From the human T2T-CHM13v2.0 reference genome, Homo sapiens: DNA of 64,000 nt. The notes under the pieces are model-generated. The model searched no databases. It had not been told where the DNA came from and saw nothing but the letters and a program-made list of their open reading frames with translations. The stretch lies in NCBI RefSeq assembly GCF_009914755.1, contig NC_060946.1; one strand, given 5' to 3'. The translations under genes were made by a program, and so were the position numbers. The number at the start of each line of letters is the position of its first letter. Position 1 is the first letter of the stretch. Positions 1 through 12,300 of this stretch are shown one piece after another.

Positions 1-3000
1 CACCAACAGTTAAGCACCATCTTGATGCTGATCTTCTGATAGTGAGCTCTCATGAGATCTAGTGGTATAACTGGATATTGCACTTCTTTCCTCTCTCTGT
101 CTTGCTTCTACTCCTGCCATATGAAACATTTCATTGCTGCTTGGCCTTCTGGTATAATTGGGAGGCTTCCTGAGTCCCCCTACAAGCAGAAACCACTATG
201 CTTTCTTTACAGCCTGAAGAACTGTGAGTCAATTAGACCTCTTTTCTTTATGTAGATACAGAAAATTAATGCTGTGAAGTGAAGTTATGAAATGACTTCG
301 AGGAATTTCCCCCATTCTCTTGGCTATTAGCACTGAGCTTTTTTCAGTGCAAATATTGGAGGCCATCTTGATGTTTCCGCCTGATAATGGACTTTTCTTC
401 TTTTACCACATTGCCAGGCTGCAGCAAAGATAGCTGACAGTGTAGACGCAGGTTCCAAATTGGGTAGTGGCCAGAGGTTAGAGAGTTTGGAGAGCTTGGA
501 AGAAGACAGGAAGATGAGGGAAAGTTTGGACCATTGCAGAGACTTATTAAATAGTTGTGAGTAAAAAGCTGACAGAAGGATGGACAGTGAAGACCAGCCT
601 TGTAAGGTCTCAGATGAAAATGAGGAACTTACTGGGAAAAGGAGCCAAGGTTTTTTTGTTTTGACTTAGCAAAGTAATTGGCTACACAGTGACCCTTCCC
701 GGGAGATCTGTGAAACTGAACTCGAGGGTGATAATTTAGGGTGTATTTGGTGGAATGAACTTCTAAGCAGCAAAGTTCAAGAGTTGTACTGCCTACATCG
801 AACAGCCTGTGCTCCTATGTGTGGTGAAAGAAATGACCATAAGTTGGAACTTATATTTAAATGAGAAACAGAGCTTCAACATTTGGAAAATTTGTAATCT
901 GGACAAGTGGTCAAAAAGAAAAGCTGATTTTCAGGGGGAAAATCAAGAAGGCTTAGGATATTTGCATAAAAAGGAGCCCAATGCTAATAATTCAAGACAA
1001 TGGGAAAAAGGCCTTGAAGGCATTTCAGAGACCTTTGTAGCAGTCCTTGCTGTCACTGGCCCTGGGGTTTAGGAGAAAAGAATAGTTTCCTGGCTCAGCC
1101 CCATGGCTCCACTGCTGTGTGCAGCCTCAGGACACTACTGCCTGCATCCCTGCAGCTCCTTTTCCAGCTTCAGCCATGGATGAAAGATGTACAGGTACAG
1201 CTTGCATCACTGCTTCAGAGGATGCAAGCTCCAAGCCTTGGTGGCTTCTACATAGTGTTAAGCCAGCAGGTGCATAAAGCACAGGACTAGAAGCTTCAGA
1301 GCCTTCGTCTGGACTCCAAAGAATATATCAGAAAGCCTGAGTGTCTAGCCAGAAGCTTTTCCAAGAGGCAGAGCCTCATGGTAAATCTCTACTCAGGTAG
1401 TACACAAGGAAAGTATAGGGTTGGAGTCCCCATAGAGGGAGGCACCATTTTCCAGACCTCAGTTTCATAGACCCACCAGCTGCTTGCACCCTTAGTGTTG
1501 AAAAGCTACAGGTACTCAACGCCAGCCTAGCCAATGAAGTCAGCTGTAGGGGGAAGATTCTGCAATGCCACATGTGCAGAGCTGCCCAAGGCCTTGGGAT
1601 CCCAGCCATCACAAAACGCTGTGCTCTGGATGTGGACATAGATTCCAAAAAGATGATTTGGAGCTGTATGATGGAATGCCTGGCCTGCTGGGTTTTTGAC
1701 TTGCAGGGGGTTTGTAAGTCCCATCTGTGTTTTGTGCTTCTTTCTGGGAAATTTCTTCTTTTTGGCTTGGAATGCTTACCCAATGCCTGTACAATCATTG
1801 TAACTTGGAAGTGGTTAACTTGCTTTGTATTTCAGAGGCTCAGGGCAGAAGATATGGCAGCCTTGTCTCAGAGGAGACTTTGGCCTTTGGACATTTGAGT
1901 AAATACTGGGATGAGTTAAGATTTGGGGGACTCTAGGGAAGGCCTCATTGCATTTTGCAATGTGAGAAAGACATGAACTTTGGGGGACCAGGGACAGAAT
2001 AATATGTTTTGGCTCTGTGTCTCTACCAAAACTCATGTAGAATTTTAATGGGAAATGCTAAAGGTGGGGGCTGGTGGAAGGTGAGTCAATCATGGTGAAG
2101 AGTAGAGGTTAGATGGTTGGGGGGTGGGGAGGGTTGGGGGGATTAAGGGGTGGGGAGGGTTGGGGGCGATTGTGGTGGGGTTGGGGGTGAAAGGCAGGGG
2201 TAGGGGGTAGGTCCTTCACAAATGGACATTTGAGTAAATGCTGGAATGAGTTCAGACACTGGGGGACTGTAGAGAATGCATCATTGTATTTTGAAGTATG
2301 AGAAGGATGTGAGATTGGGGGGCCAAAGGGAGAATAATACGATTTGGCTCTGTGTCCCTACCAAAACTCACGTGGAATTATAATAGGGAATGTTAAGTGT
2401 GGGGCTTGGTAGAAGGTGATTTAATCATGGTAGAGAATGGGGGTTGGAAGGGGGATGTGGGAGAATGGAGGTTCATGGTGTGGGTGAGGGTGAAACATGG
2501 GGATAGGTGGCAGATCCTTCACAAATGGTTAAATACTATCTCCTTAATGCAGTCTGTGTGATAGTGAGTTCTCGTGATAAATGAATGCTGTCCTGCTGGG
2601 TTTTGGAGTCAGATTGGGCCTGTGTCCCATTTGTGTTATTTTTCTGGGAAAACCTTCCCTTTGGTTTAAGAAAGCCTACCCAGTGCCTGTGCCATCATTG
2701 TAACTTGAAAGAAAAGAATTGTCTTTTACATTCAGGGACTCATAGGCAGAAGGGATTGCAGCCTTGTCTTGGATGAGACTTGAACTTACTACATTTGAGT
2801 TACTGCTGGAATGAGTTAAGACTTTTTGAAACTTTTGAAAAGGCATGTTTGTATTTTTCTGTGTGAGAAGGACATGAGATGTGGGGGTGTCAGGGTCAGG
2901 ATAGTATGGTTTGGCTGTGTTTCCCTACAAAAACTCATGGGGAATTGTATTCCTGACAGTTGTAGGTTGGGCCTGGTGGGAGGTGATTTAATCACAAACG

Positions 3001-3419
3001 GGAGGTTGGTAGGGGTGGAAGGGAAAACAAATGGGTAGGATGAGGAGGAGTAGGCTGGCAGTAGGGTAGTGAGAGGTTCGTGGGCAGTAGTAAGGGGGAG
3101 TAGCCTGCTGCAGAGGCAAAGCCTCAAGGAAAACCTCCACCAGGGCAGTGCACCTATGGCTTTGCAGGGTGTAGCCCCCATGGCTGCCCTCATAGGCTGG
3201 GCTGTTGTTGAGTGCCTGTAGCTTTTCCATACTGAGAGTGCAAGCTGTTGGTGAGTCTATGAATCTGGGGTCTGAGGATGGTAACCTCCTGTGTGGGGCC
3301 TCCAAGCCCATATACTTTTTCTGCTCTGCCCTATTAGAGGTTTTCCTAGTGGCTCTGCCTCTTCCTCAGGCTTCTGCCTGGAAACAGTGAGGGGTGTGGG
3401 TGGTAGGAGGCAGAACTTT
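1..3419 (+). mobile_element. Rearranged MaLR (MST/THE1-family) LTR+internal composite, tandem unit 1 (starts before window)
   Basis: MST LTR 3' part (gcctgaagaactgtgagtcaattagacctcttttcttta, ~210-250), then MST/THE1-int-like sequence, then repeated LTR 5' starts (tttggctctgtgtc(c/t)ctaccaaaactca at ~2008, ~2343; a similar one at ~2910). Confidence 0.85.
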
Positions 3420-6309
3420 CACCAATGGTTAAGAAACATCTTCTTGATACTCACCTTGTGATAGTGAGTTCTCAGGAAATCTGGTTGTATAACAGGGTTA
3501 TACAACGTGCGGCACCTTTTTCCTCTCTCTGTTTTGTTTCTACTTCTGCCATATAAAACATCCCATTGCTGCTTGGTCTTCTGGTATGATTGGGATGCTT
3601 CCTGAGTCCTTCCAGAAGCAGAAGCCTCTATGATTTATTTAAAGCTTGCAGAACCATGAGCCAGTTCAACCTCTTTTCTTTCTGATTATACAGAAAAATA
3701 ATGCTATAAAGTGGAACTATGAAATGCCTTCAAGGACTTTTTCCTATTCTCTTGGCAATCAGCACTCAGCTTCTTTTCAGGCAAATGTCTGAAGCCTGCA
3801 TTAATTTTTCTCCTGAAATGGACTTTTCTTCTTTTACCACATTGCCAGGCTGTGACAAACGTAGCTGAAAATGTAGAAGCAGGTTGAGAAGTGTGTAATG
3901 GCAAGAGGTTGGAGAGTTTGGAGGTCTTGGAAGAAGACAAGAAGATGAGGAAAAGTTTGGATCAGTGTAGAGACTTGTTAAATAGTTATAATTAAAAAGG
4001 TGACAGAAGGATGGACAGTGATCACCAGGCTTAGAAGGTCTCACATGAAAATGAGGAGCTTGCTGGGAACAGGAGTCAAGGTCACTTTTGTTTTTTCCTT
4101 AGCAAAGGATGTTGCTGCACAATGCCCCTAACCTGGAGACCTGTGAAATTTTGAACATCAGGGTGATAATTTAGAGTGTACTTGGTGGAATGAAATTTTA
4201 GGCAGCAAAGCTTAAGAGGTTTCCTGTCTGTGTCGAACAGCCTGTGGTCCTATATGTGACCAAAGAAATGACCTCAAGGTGAAACTTGTATTTAAATGAG
4301 AAGGAGAGCTTAAAAGTTTGGATAATTTGAAGCCTGGCCAAGTGGCCAAAAAGAAAAGCTGATTATCAGTGGGAAAGTTCAAAAAGTCTTCAGAAATGTG
4401 CATAAAAAGGAGTTCAGTGCTAATAGCCAATACAATATTAAAAAGGTCTTGAAGGCATTTCAGAGACTTTTGCAGCAGCGCTTGCTATCACAGGCCCTGA
4501 GGTCTGGGAGAAAAGAATGGTTTCCTTCTCCAGCCCCATGGCCCCACTGCTATGTCCAACCTCAGGACACTGCTGGCTGCATTCCTGAGGCTCCAGCTCC
4601 AGCCTTGGCTGAAAGATCACAGGTACAGCTTGGGTCACTGCTTCAGAGGGTGCAAGCTTCAAGGCTTGGTGGCTTCCACATTGTGTTAAGCCAGCAGCTG
4701 CACACAGCACAAAACTAGACGCTTGCAAGCCTTTGTCTAGACTCCAGAGTATGTACGGAAAAACCTGGGTGTTCACACAGAATCTTTTCCAAGAGGCAGA
4801 GCCTCGTGGGAAACTTTTACTAGGGCAGTACAGAAGGAGAATTTAGGGCTGGAGTCCCTAAATATGGAGGCACCATTCTCCAGACTCCAGATTCATAGAC
4901 TCACCAACAGCTGGCACCCTTAGTATGGAAATGCTACAGGCACTCAACATCAGCCCAGCCCATGAGGGCAGCTGTGGGGTATAGACCCTGCACAGCCACA
5001 GGTGCAGAGCTGCCCAAGGCCTTGGAAGCCCAGGCATCACACACCTGTGCTCTAGATGTGAGATGTAGATTCAGAAAAGATGATTTGGAGCTGTAGGATT
5101 CAATGACTGGCCTGCTGGGTTTTTGACTTGCATGGGGTCTGTAAGTCCTTGTACATTTCAGTAAATGCTGGAATGAGTTAAGTCATTGGGGGACAGTAGA
5201 GAAGTCATCAGAGTATTTTGCAGTGTAACAAGGATACAAGATTTGGGGAGCAAGAGCCAGAATAATATGATTTGGTTCTGTGTCCCTACCAATGCTCATG
5301 TGGAATTGTAGTGGGGAATGTTAAAGGTGGGACCTGGTGGGAGGTGATTTAATCATGGAGAAGAGTGGGTGTTGGAGGTAGGGGTATGGGGAGAATGGGA
5401 GAGATTATTTTGTGGGTGGGAGTGAAAGGTGAGGGTGGGGGGCAGATTCTTCACAAATGAGTAAATACTATCTCCTTAATGCTGTCCGCACTACAGTGAG
5501 TTCTCTTGATGATTTTGGAGCTGTGAGATTGAGTGAATACTGTCCTGCTGGGTTTTGGACTTGCATTTGTGTTATTTTTCTGGGCAACTTCTTCCCTTTG
5601 GATTGAGAAACCTTACCCAATGCCTGTTCTACCTTGAAGGAAAAGAAATCCCTTTTAAATTCAGGGACTCATTGGCAGAAGGGACTGTAACCTTGTCTCA
5701 GATGAGATTTTGAAATTTTTACATTCGGAATGAGTTAAGACTTTTGGAAACTTTTGAAAAGGCATGATTGTGTTTTGCTCTGTGAGAAGGACATGAGGTT
5801 CTGGGGAATCAGGGTCAGAATAATATGGGTTGGCTGTGTGTCCCTATAAAACTCACGTGTCATCCTTAATGTTGGAGGTGGGCCATGTGAGAGGTGACTT
5901 AATCTTGGATGGGAGGGAGTTGGGGTAGAAGGAAAAGGAGGGATAGTGTGGAGAGGAGTAGGTTGTCAGTAGGGTGGTGGGAGGGTGGGAGTAACCTGCT
6001 GCAGAGGCAGAGGCTCATGGGAAACCTCTACTAGGAGAGTGCACCTGTGGCTTTGCAGGGTGTAGCCCCCATGGCTGCTCTCATGGGCTGGGTTGGTGTT
6101 GAGTGCCTGTAGCTTTTCCATACTGAGAGTGTGAGCTGTTGGTGGGCTTATTAATCTGGAGTCTGGAGGATCGTGGCCTCTTGTGTGGGGGCTCAAAGCC
6201 TATATTTTCCTTCTGCACTGCCATAGTGGAAGTTTCATAAGAGGTTCTGCCTCTGCAGGAGGCTTCTGCCTGGAAGCATTGGGCAGTGGTGTGGTTGGAG
6301 AATCCTTCA
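3420..6309 (+). mobile_element. Rearranged MaLR (MST/THE1) composite, tandem unit 2
   Basis: Collinear diverged copy of unit 1 (accaatggttaag at 3421 vs accaacagttaag at 2) with the same internal order and inversions. Confidence 0.85.
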
Positions 6310-6460
6310 CCATTGGTTAGTCTTCTTGATGCTGATCTCCTGATAGTGAGTTCTCATGTGATCTGGTTGTCTAACAGGATGTCACACCTCTTTCCCCTCT
6401 CTGTCTTGCTCCTACTCCTGCCATATGAAACATCTCATTGCCTCTTGTTCTTCTGATATG
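6310..6460 (+). mobile_element. Truncated MST LTR (start of a third unit)
   Basis: cattggttagtcttcttgatgctgatctcctgatagtgagttctcatgtgatctgg matches the unit start; breaks into the GGTCAG repeat. Confidence 0.75.
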
Positions 6461-7250
6461 GTTAGGAGGGGCCTGATCAGTGTGGGCCTGCTCAGTGGAC
6501 CTAGTCAGTTGGGACTTGTCAGTGAGGCCTATTTAGTGGGGGGGTGGTCAGCAGGGGTCTGCTTAGAGCGGGTCTCATTAGAGGGATCTAGTAGTGCATG
6601 TCTTGGTGAGTGGGTTGATAGTGGTAGACAAATGTTTGGTGTCTGGTCAGTGCCAACCTGGGCTGTGGGACTTGGTCAGTGGAGACCTTGGGACCTAGTC
6701 AGCAGAGACGCTTGTCAGTGGGGCCCTGGTCAGGGCAGGCTGGTCCGTGGAACTTAATCAGTGGGGGCCTGGTCAGAGAGGACTTGATCATTGGTGGCTT
6801 TTGTAGCACTGGTCTATGGGGTGACCTGGTCAGCGGGGATCTGAGCAGTGTGTGCCTGTTCAGTGGGGTGTAGTCATTAGGGTCCCAGTCAGGGGCATCT
6901 TGTCACCTCAGTCCTGGTTAGCAGGGGCCTGGTCACTGGCTGCCTATTCCCTGCAGGCCTGGTCAGTGGGGCTTCGTCTGTGGGACCAGACAATGGAGTC
7001 ATGATAGGTGGAACCTGATCAGTGAGGCCTTGTCAGTAAGGACCTCGTCAGTGAGGCCTTGCCAGTGAGGCCTTGCCAGTGAGGCCTTGTCAGTAAGGTC
7101 CTCGTCAGTGGAGTCCTGGTCATTGTGGGCCTGGCAGCGGGAATCTAGTTAGTGAGGCCTGGTGATGGGGCTCTAATCAGTGAGGGTGTGGTCAGGGAGG
7201 AAGTGATATGCTGGATCTGGTCACCAGGGACCTGGTCAATGGGGGCTGCT
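6460..7250. repeat. Degenerate 14-15 bp G-rich minisatellite (gtcagtgaggcctt / ggtcagtggggcct)
   Basis: Dozens of (g)gtcagt cores; near-perfect run of tcagtgaggccttg at ~7019-7100. Confidence 0.85.
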
Positions 7251-8595
7251 GAGTACTGCTGGGAGATGTCAGGAGAAATGCATGTTATCAAGGAGCCTGT
7301 GGACAGCTGGGGTGGCCCAGTGGTGTTCAATGGCCCAGTCAAAAGTGGACAAAGCAGGTGTTTGGATGGACCTGGGAGATCTTGCTCAGAGATTCTGACA
7401 GGACAAAGGTAAAGGAAGGGCCAGAGTGGTTGGAGAGATAGTCACAGTCTATGGTCTGCACAGGATGGAGGAGGCCAGGGAACAGGCAGGGTGGGCAGCT
7501 TGGTTTCAGGGAGAGGCAGGTGCATGCTGGGAGGCCAGACCCTATGAGGGTTGTGGGGGCGTCAGGTGGTGTGGGCTCCAGGTGCACCCTCAGCGCACTG
7601 GGCAGGTCTTGGCCCAGGCTCCTTGGACTTTGGCCGGGTGATGTGGTCACTTGCTGGGAGACTGTTGTCAGGTGCTGGCCACCCACCCTGGGTAGCACTG
7701 TCCCATCTCAGGACTGGACTTCCTCAGATACTGTAGAGGGCACAGCCTCCAGCCCAGGAGGGGCAGCCCCTTGGTGCAGCCTGAGCTCCCCATGGGCCTG
7801 GAGCATCCCCTGCCAGCCCTGCACTCCCTCTTCTCCCAGGTCCCGCTTTTCCAGGGTCAGCCAGTGGGGAGGCCCCGTCCTCACTTCCCTATGTGTCTCC
7901 TGGGCTGAAACTTGCAGTGCACTGGGACAGGGATGAGGCTTCCCTAAGGCCCATTTAGGGAGAGGACTGGCTCCCAGCCTGGCACAGGTCCTCAGCTCTG
8001 CCTTGGTTGCCTTAGAATGTGATGTATCAGTCAGTGCCCTGAAGGTAAAAGTAGGAGACTGTCCCTGCTGTTGGGAGGCTGGTCTAGGGATGGAGGACTT
8101 CACAGGTCCTCCAAGTCTGTCAGGCCTGGGCAGCACTGTCCTGTTTTAGGACTCAGAAAGTCCAGTTCTGGGATGGGACGGTGCTGCCCAGGGAGGGTGG
8201 CCAGGGTCTGACAGCAGTCCCCCAGGGAGTGACCATATCACCCAGCCGGGGTCCAGGGAGCCTGGCCTGAAACCTGCCCTGTGCACTGAGGGTGCACCTG
8301 GAGCCCACTCCACCTGATGCCTCCACAGCCCTCACAGGTCCTGACCTCCCAGCATGCACCTTCCTCTCCCTGAATTCCAGCTGTCCACCCTGCCTGTTCC
8401 CTCACTTCCTCCATCCTGTCCAGCAGGATGGGATGGGCAGGGGGACAGCCTGTGTGCACATTTCATGGCAAGCAGGAGTGACACACCATCCCTGGGAGGC
8501 GCCTTGGTTCCTCCAAAACCCGGCCCCAGAACTCTGTCCTTGGGGTGGTTTTACCAAACCCCAAACCCAGAACTGTGGTTGTGGCTCAGGGGTCA
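7251..8595. repeat. GC-rich CAGGG-containing duplicon element with internal inverted repeat
   Basis: ~7458-7728 is the reverse complement of ~8150-8420; ORF-track peptides 7451+ and 8153- are near-identical. Confidence 0.7.
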
Positions 8596-9003
8596 GCACC
8601 CGCTAGTTCTACAATGTCGCCAAGGACTTTGATTGTACAATGTTCTTCTTTTCAATAGTCTTTCCAAATATTGTGAGATGCATTGTTTCAGGAAGCCCCT
8701 TGCCCTCCTAAAAGCCACCCTACTTCTCTCTAAGGAGAATGGCCCAGTCCTCTCCCGAGTTCCCACATGGTAGGCGATAGCATTGCTTTTGTGTAAATTA
8801 TGTAATGCAAAATTTTTTAAATCTTTGCCTTAATACTTTTAAATTTTGTTTTATTTTGAATGACTAGCCTTCATGGCCCAACTTTTTTGTACCCCAACTT
8901 GGAATGTATGAAGGGTTTTGGTCTCCCTGAGAGTGGCTCGAGGCAGCCAGGGCTTACCTGTACTCTGACTTGAGAAAAGTTGGATAAAAGTGTTCACCTT
9001 AAA
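8596..9003 (+). pseudogene. ACTB: Beta-actin processed-pseudogene fragment (distal 3'UTR only)
   Basis: Matches ACTB 3'UTR: cctaaaagccaccc.acttctctctaaggagaatggcccagtcctctccc, gtgtaaattatgtaatgcaaaatttttt, gaggcagccagggcttacctgtac, and the degenerate polyA end ataaaagtg..cacctta. Confidence 0.95.
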
Positions 9004-9380
9004 GAAAATTGAATGACGAAGCATTAACAAAAACAGTATTTCAGTACAGTGGACAGCTTAGCATTTTGACAATTGGGAATAAAATGCTCATTTCTGAACT
9101 GTACAATGTAAGACACAAAAACAAAACACTGGAAATGGAAATTCAATTATGTCATTATAGACTGGCTACTGCTCTACATGACTGTGACCAAAGTCAGATA
9201 GTTGAAAGAGATTTCTTTCCAGAGAACAAGACATGAACAGGTTTATTTACAGAAAACAATGAATTCTCATATATCTAACCTAAAATATAGCAGATTCTTT
9301 CCGAAGAAGTCTAATGTAGACAATAAAATTAACAGGCTAAAAATTAAGCTCCATCAAACAAGATGAACTCTGAGAGAATA
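9004..9380 (+). pseudogene. ANKRD26/POTE/ANKRD30-family coiled-coil exon remnant (frameshifted)
   Basis: ORF 9009: NDEALTKTVFQYSGQLSILTIGNKMLISEL...RLATALHDCDQSQ aligns to ANKRD26 [30 protein letters not shown]...RLAAAIHDRDQSE; homology continues in other frames to about LRE. Confidence 0.88.
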
Positions 9381-12300
9381 GATGGGGCAGGCCGCCATCT
9401 TTCCTGTTCAGGCAACTTAGTCATTCCAGCCTGAGGGCTTTGGAGAGTATAAACCGACAAGGGGCAGAAGAGATCCCACAGCACAGCATAGCTGCTTTAC
9501 CAAATCATGGCCAGAATGGTTCTGTAAGCAGGCCCCCGACCCTGTCGCACATCACTGTACAGGACCTCCCAAATGGGGCCTCCAGCTACCGCCACGAGCA
9601 TTCCTTGGTCAATAGAAATTTGAAGTGTTCACGGGACAGAGCTCCCAGAGAGAGGGGCAGGCCACCACCTTTGCTGTTTGGGTGACTAGCCGTTCTGGTT
9701 TGCGGGCTTTGGAAAGCCCAAGGTGACAAGGGGTGGAAGAGGAACCTCAGCTCAGCATGGCCACACTACAAAAACGTGGCCAGACTCTTGTTTAAGTCAG
9801 TCCCCGACCACATTTCTAATCAGCAGGTGAAGCCTTTCAACCAGGGTCTCCAGCTGCCTTCACTGCTGTTCTCTGTCCGACAGAGGTTTCAGGCCTCCCT
9901 GAGTCAGAGCTCCCAGGGGGAGGACCAGACTGTTGTCTTTGCTGTTGGGGCAACTCAGCCATTTCAGCATTAGGGCTTCAGAGTGTCTGAGGCAACCAGG
10001 AGTGGAAGTGAACACCCGGCATAACACAGCTGCTCTAGAAAAACGTGCCCAGACTTCTTTTTTAAGTCAGTGTCTGTTTTTGTTCTTCCTGACTAGATAA
10101 GACTTCTCAACTTGTCTCCAGTCACATCTTATAGGTGTGTTCATACTGGCAACAAGTTCGTACCTCAGTGGCACAGAGCTCCCAGAGGAAGGGGCAGGCT
10201 ATCATCTTCCCTGGAAAATGCAAGGCAATTAGGGACTGGAGGGGACCCCCAGCATACCACAGCAGCCTGACAGAAAAGTGGCCAGACAGTCTACTTGATG
10301 GGCAGTTCCTACTGACCTGGGTCTCCAGCCAGTCCACCATCAGAGCTATCCAGCCAGTAGCAACTCAGCAATTCCCTGGACAGAGCTTCCAGGAGCAAAC
10401 GAAATTCTCTCTGCCATTGCCTCTGCAGTGAAACTGCCCTTGCTACCCTCAGAATATCAAGGGAGCAAAGACCCTAAGTGCCATATTGACACCTCCAATA
10501 AGCTGCGGTTGACCCAATGAACAAGCCAGTCCATCTCCCACGGGTACCACACACCCCACACTGCTCATCACCAGAGAGGGAACACTGGCTTGGCCTCACA
10601 AAACAGACCCTCCATCCTGGGCTGATTACGCTAAGTGATTGCTAACTCACATCTCTATGGGATGGAGTACCCAGGAGACAAGCAGAGTGGTGGAGCAGCA
10701 AGTCAGGTGATGTGGAGCCCAGAGGGCAGGGACAGCTATCTCTCTAGGCTCCACGTGCCTTTGTGAGATACTTTATCCCAGCACTTTAGGAATGCTAAGT
10801 TCAGATCAGCCCCATCTCATGTTCAAGATTGCCCAGCAGAGATCAGTTCCCAGAGTTCCCCTCTTCAAAAAGGGGACTTGCTTAAAAAAGAAGCCTGGCC
10901 ATGTTTGTGTAAAGCAGCTATGCTGTGCCGGGGGTTCACTTTTGAGACAGTTCTCCTCTGAGACCTGATCTCTGCTGGGCAGTCTTGCACATGAGATGGG
11001 GCTGGTCTGATATCAGCACTCCTTAGTCTGCTTGCCTCTCCCAGGACCCCAGCCTGGCCACACCTGCATACAGGGCACTCTCGGATGCCCACAGCATAGC
11101 TTCCGTGCTAGTGGACTGTACCTGATCAGTGGAGAGCTGCAGCAAGGTGGCCCCAACAGCCACTCACCAGCCTGCATATTACCTCTCCATACTGCAGCCC
11201 TTTATATGGAAACTTCCTACATCACTTTGCTGTGTGTGTTTCCACATGTGGGTTTTGCTGTACTTGCCCTGACAGCACAGGGGAGTGCAGGACACACCCC
11301 AACCCACACCAACTGCCATTGAAGACAGAGCCTTGGTGGGCACAGAACCAAGAACCCCACCCCTGCCAGCACCTAACCCTTGAGCTAATGCTGTGCAGAG
11401 AAAAAGGGACCTTCTTATACCCTGAGTGACCACTGTTGCTTTGAGGGGCACAGAGAAGGCACCATGGCCTGCACTGGCCAGCAGCCCACCCTGAACCAAC
11501 ACTACCTCCAGTGCAACACACACACAGCAGGGGACCCCCGGCCCACACCCTAGCTGTCTTGCCTCCGCCACTGGGTGAACGCCCACAGGGAGGCAGGGAC
11601 TTTTGCATCCACTAGCATTCTGCCACAGTTGCCACACTTTGGTCCCCTCAGTGCAGTGGACTCCAAACCTCCAAGAGCCAGAGAACAAAGTTGGGGCCCA
11701 AGACAAGTTCCCCAGAGTTAAAGCACACAGTCCAGGAATTGGGAGCTGCACATTAGCCCCCCTAAAATCCTCCAAAAACAAAGCCAGTTGGTTGAATCCA
11801 CCTTATCCCACAATGAAACCTTCAAGATCATCAAATACAATAAAAGAAAAATACCCTGTCCGAAGGTCAGCAACCTCAAAGATGGAAGGTGGATAAGCCT
11901 ATAAAGATGAGAAAGAATCTGTGCGAGAACACTGAAAACTCAAAAAGTCAGCATGCCTTCTTTCCTCCAAATGACTGTATCAACTCTCCAGCAAGTTTTC
12001 AGAACTGGGCTGAGGCTGAGATGTCTGGAATGATACAAGCAGGGTTCAGGATATGCATAGGAACAAAGTTCACTGAGTGAAAGAAGTATGTTGTCATGCA
12101 ATACAAGTGAGCTAAAAATCATTGTAAAACATTGTAGGAGCTAACAGACAAAATAGCAAGTATAAAGAAGACATAACCGACCTAATAGAGCTGAAAAGCA
12201 CACTATAAGAATTTTCATAATGCAGTCACATAGTGATTATGTGTGATTGCATTATGAAAATTATTGTAGTGTGTGTGGGCACCCGAGATTGCCCTGTAAG

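Noticed and set aside
7330-7415. Possible TBC1D3/USP6-like exon remnant ending in aaag|gtaaag
   Set aside because: Only a vague remembered resemblance; cannot be supported without alignment.
9009-9236. 75-aa ORF as a functional ANKRD/POTE CDS
   Set aside because: Non-ATG start, frameshifts downstream, and no upstream ankyrin exons in the window.
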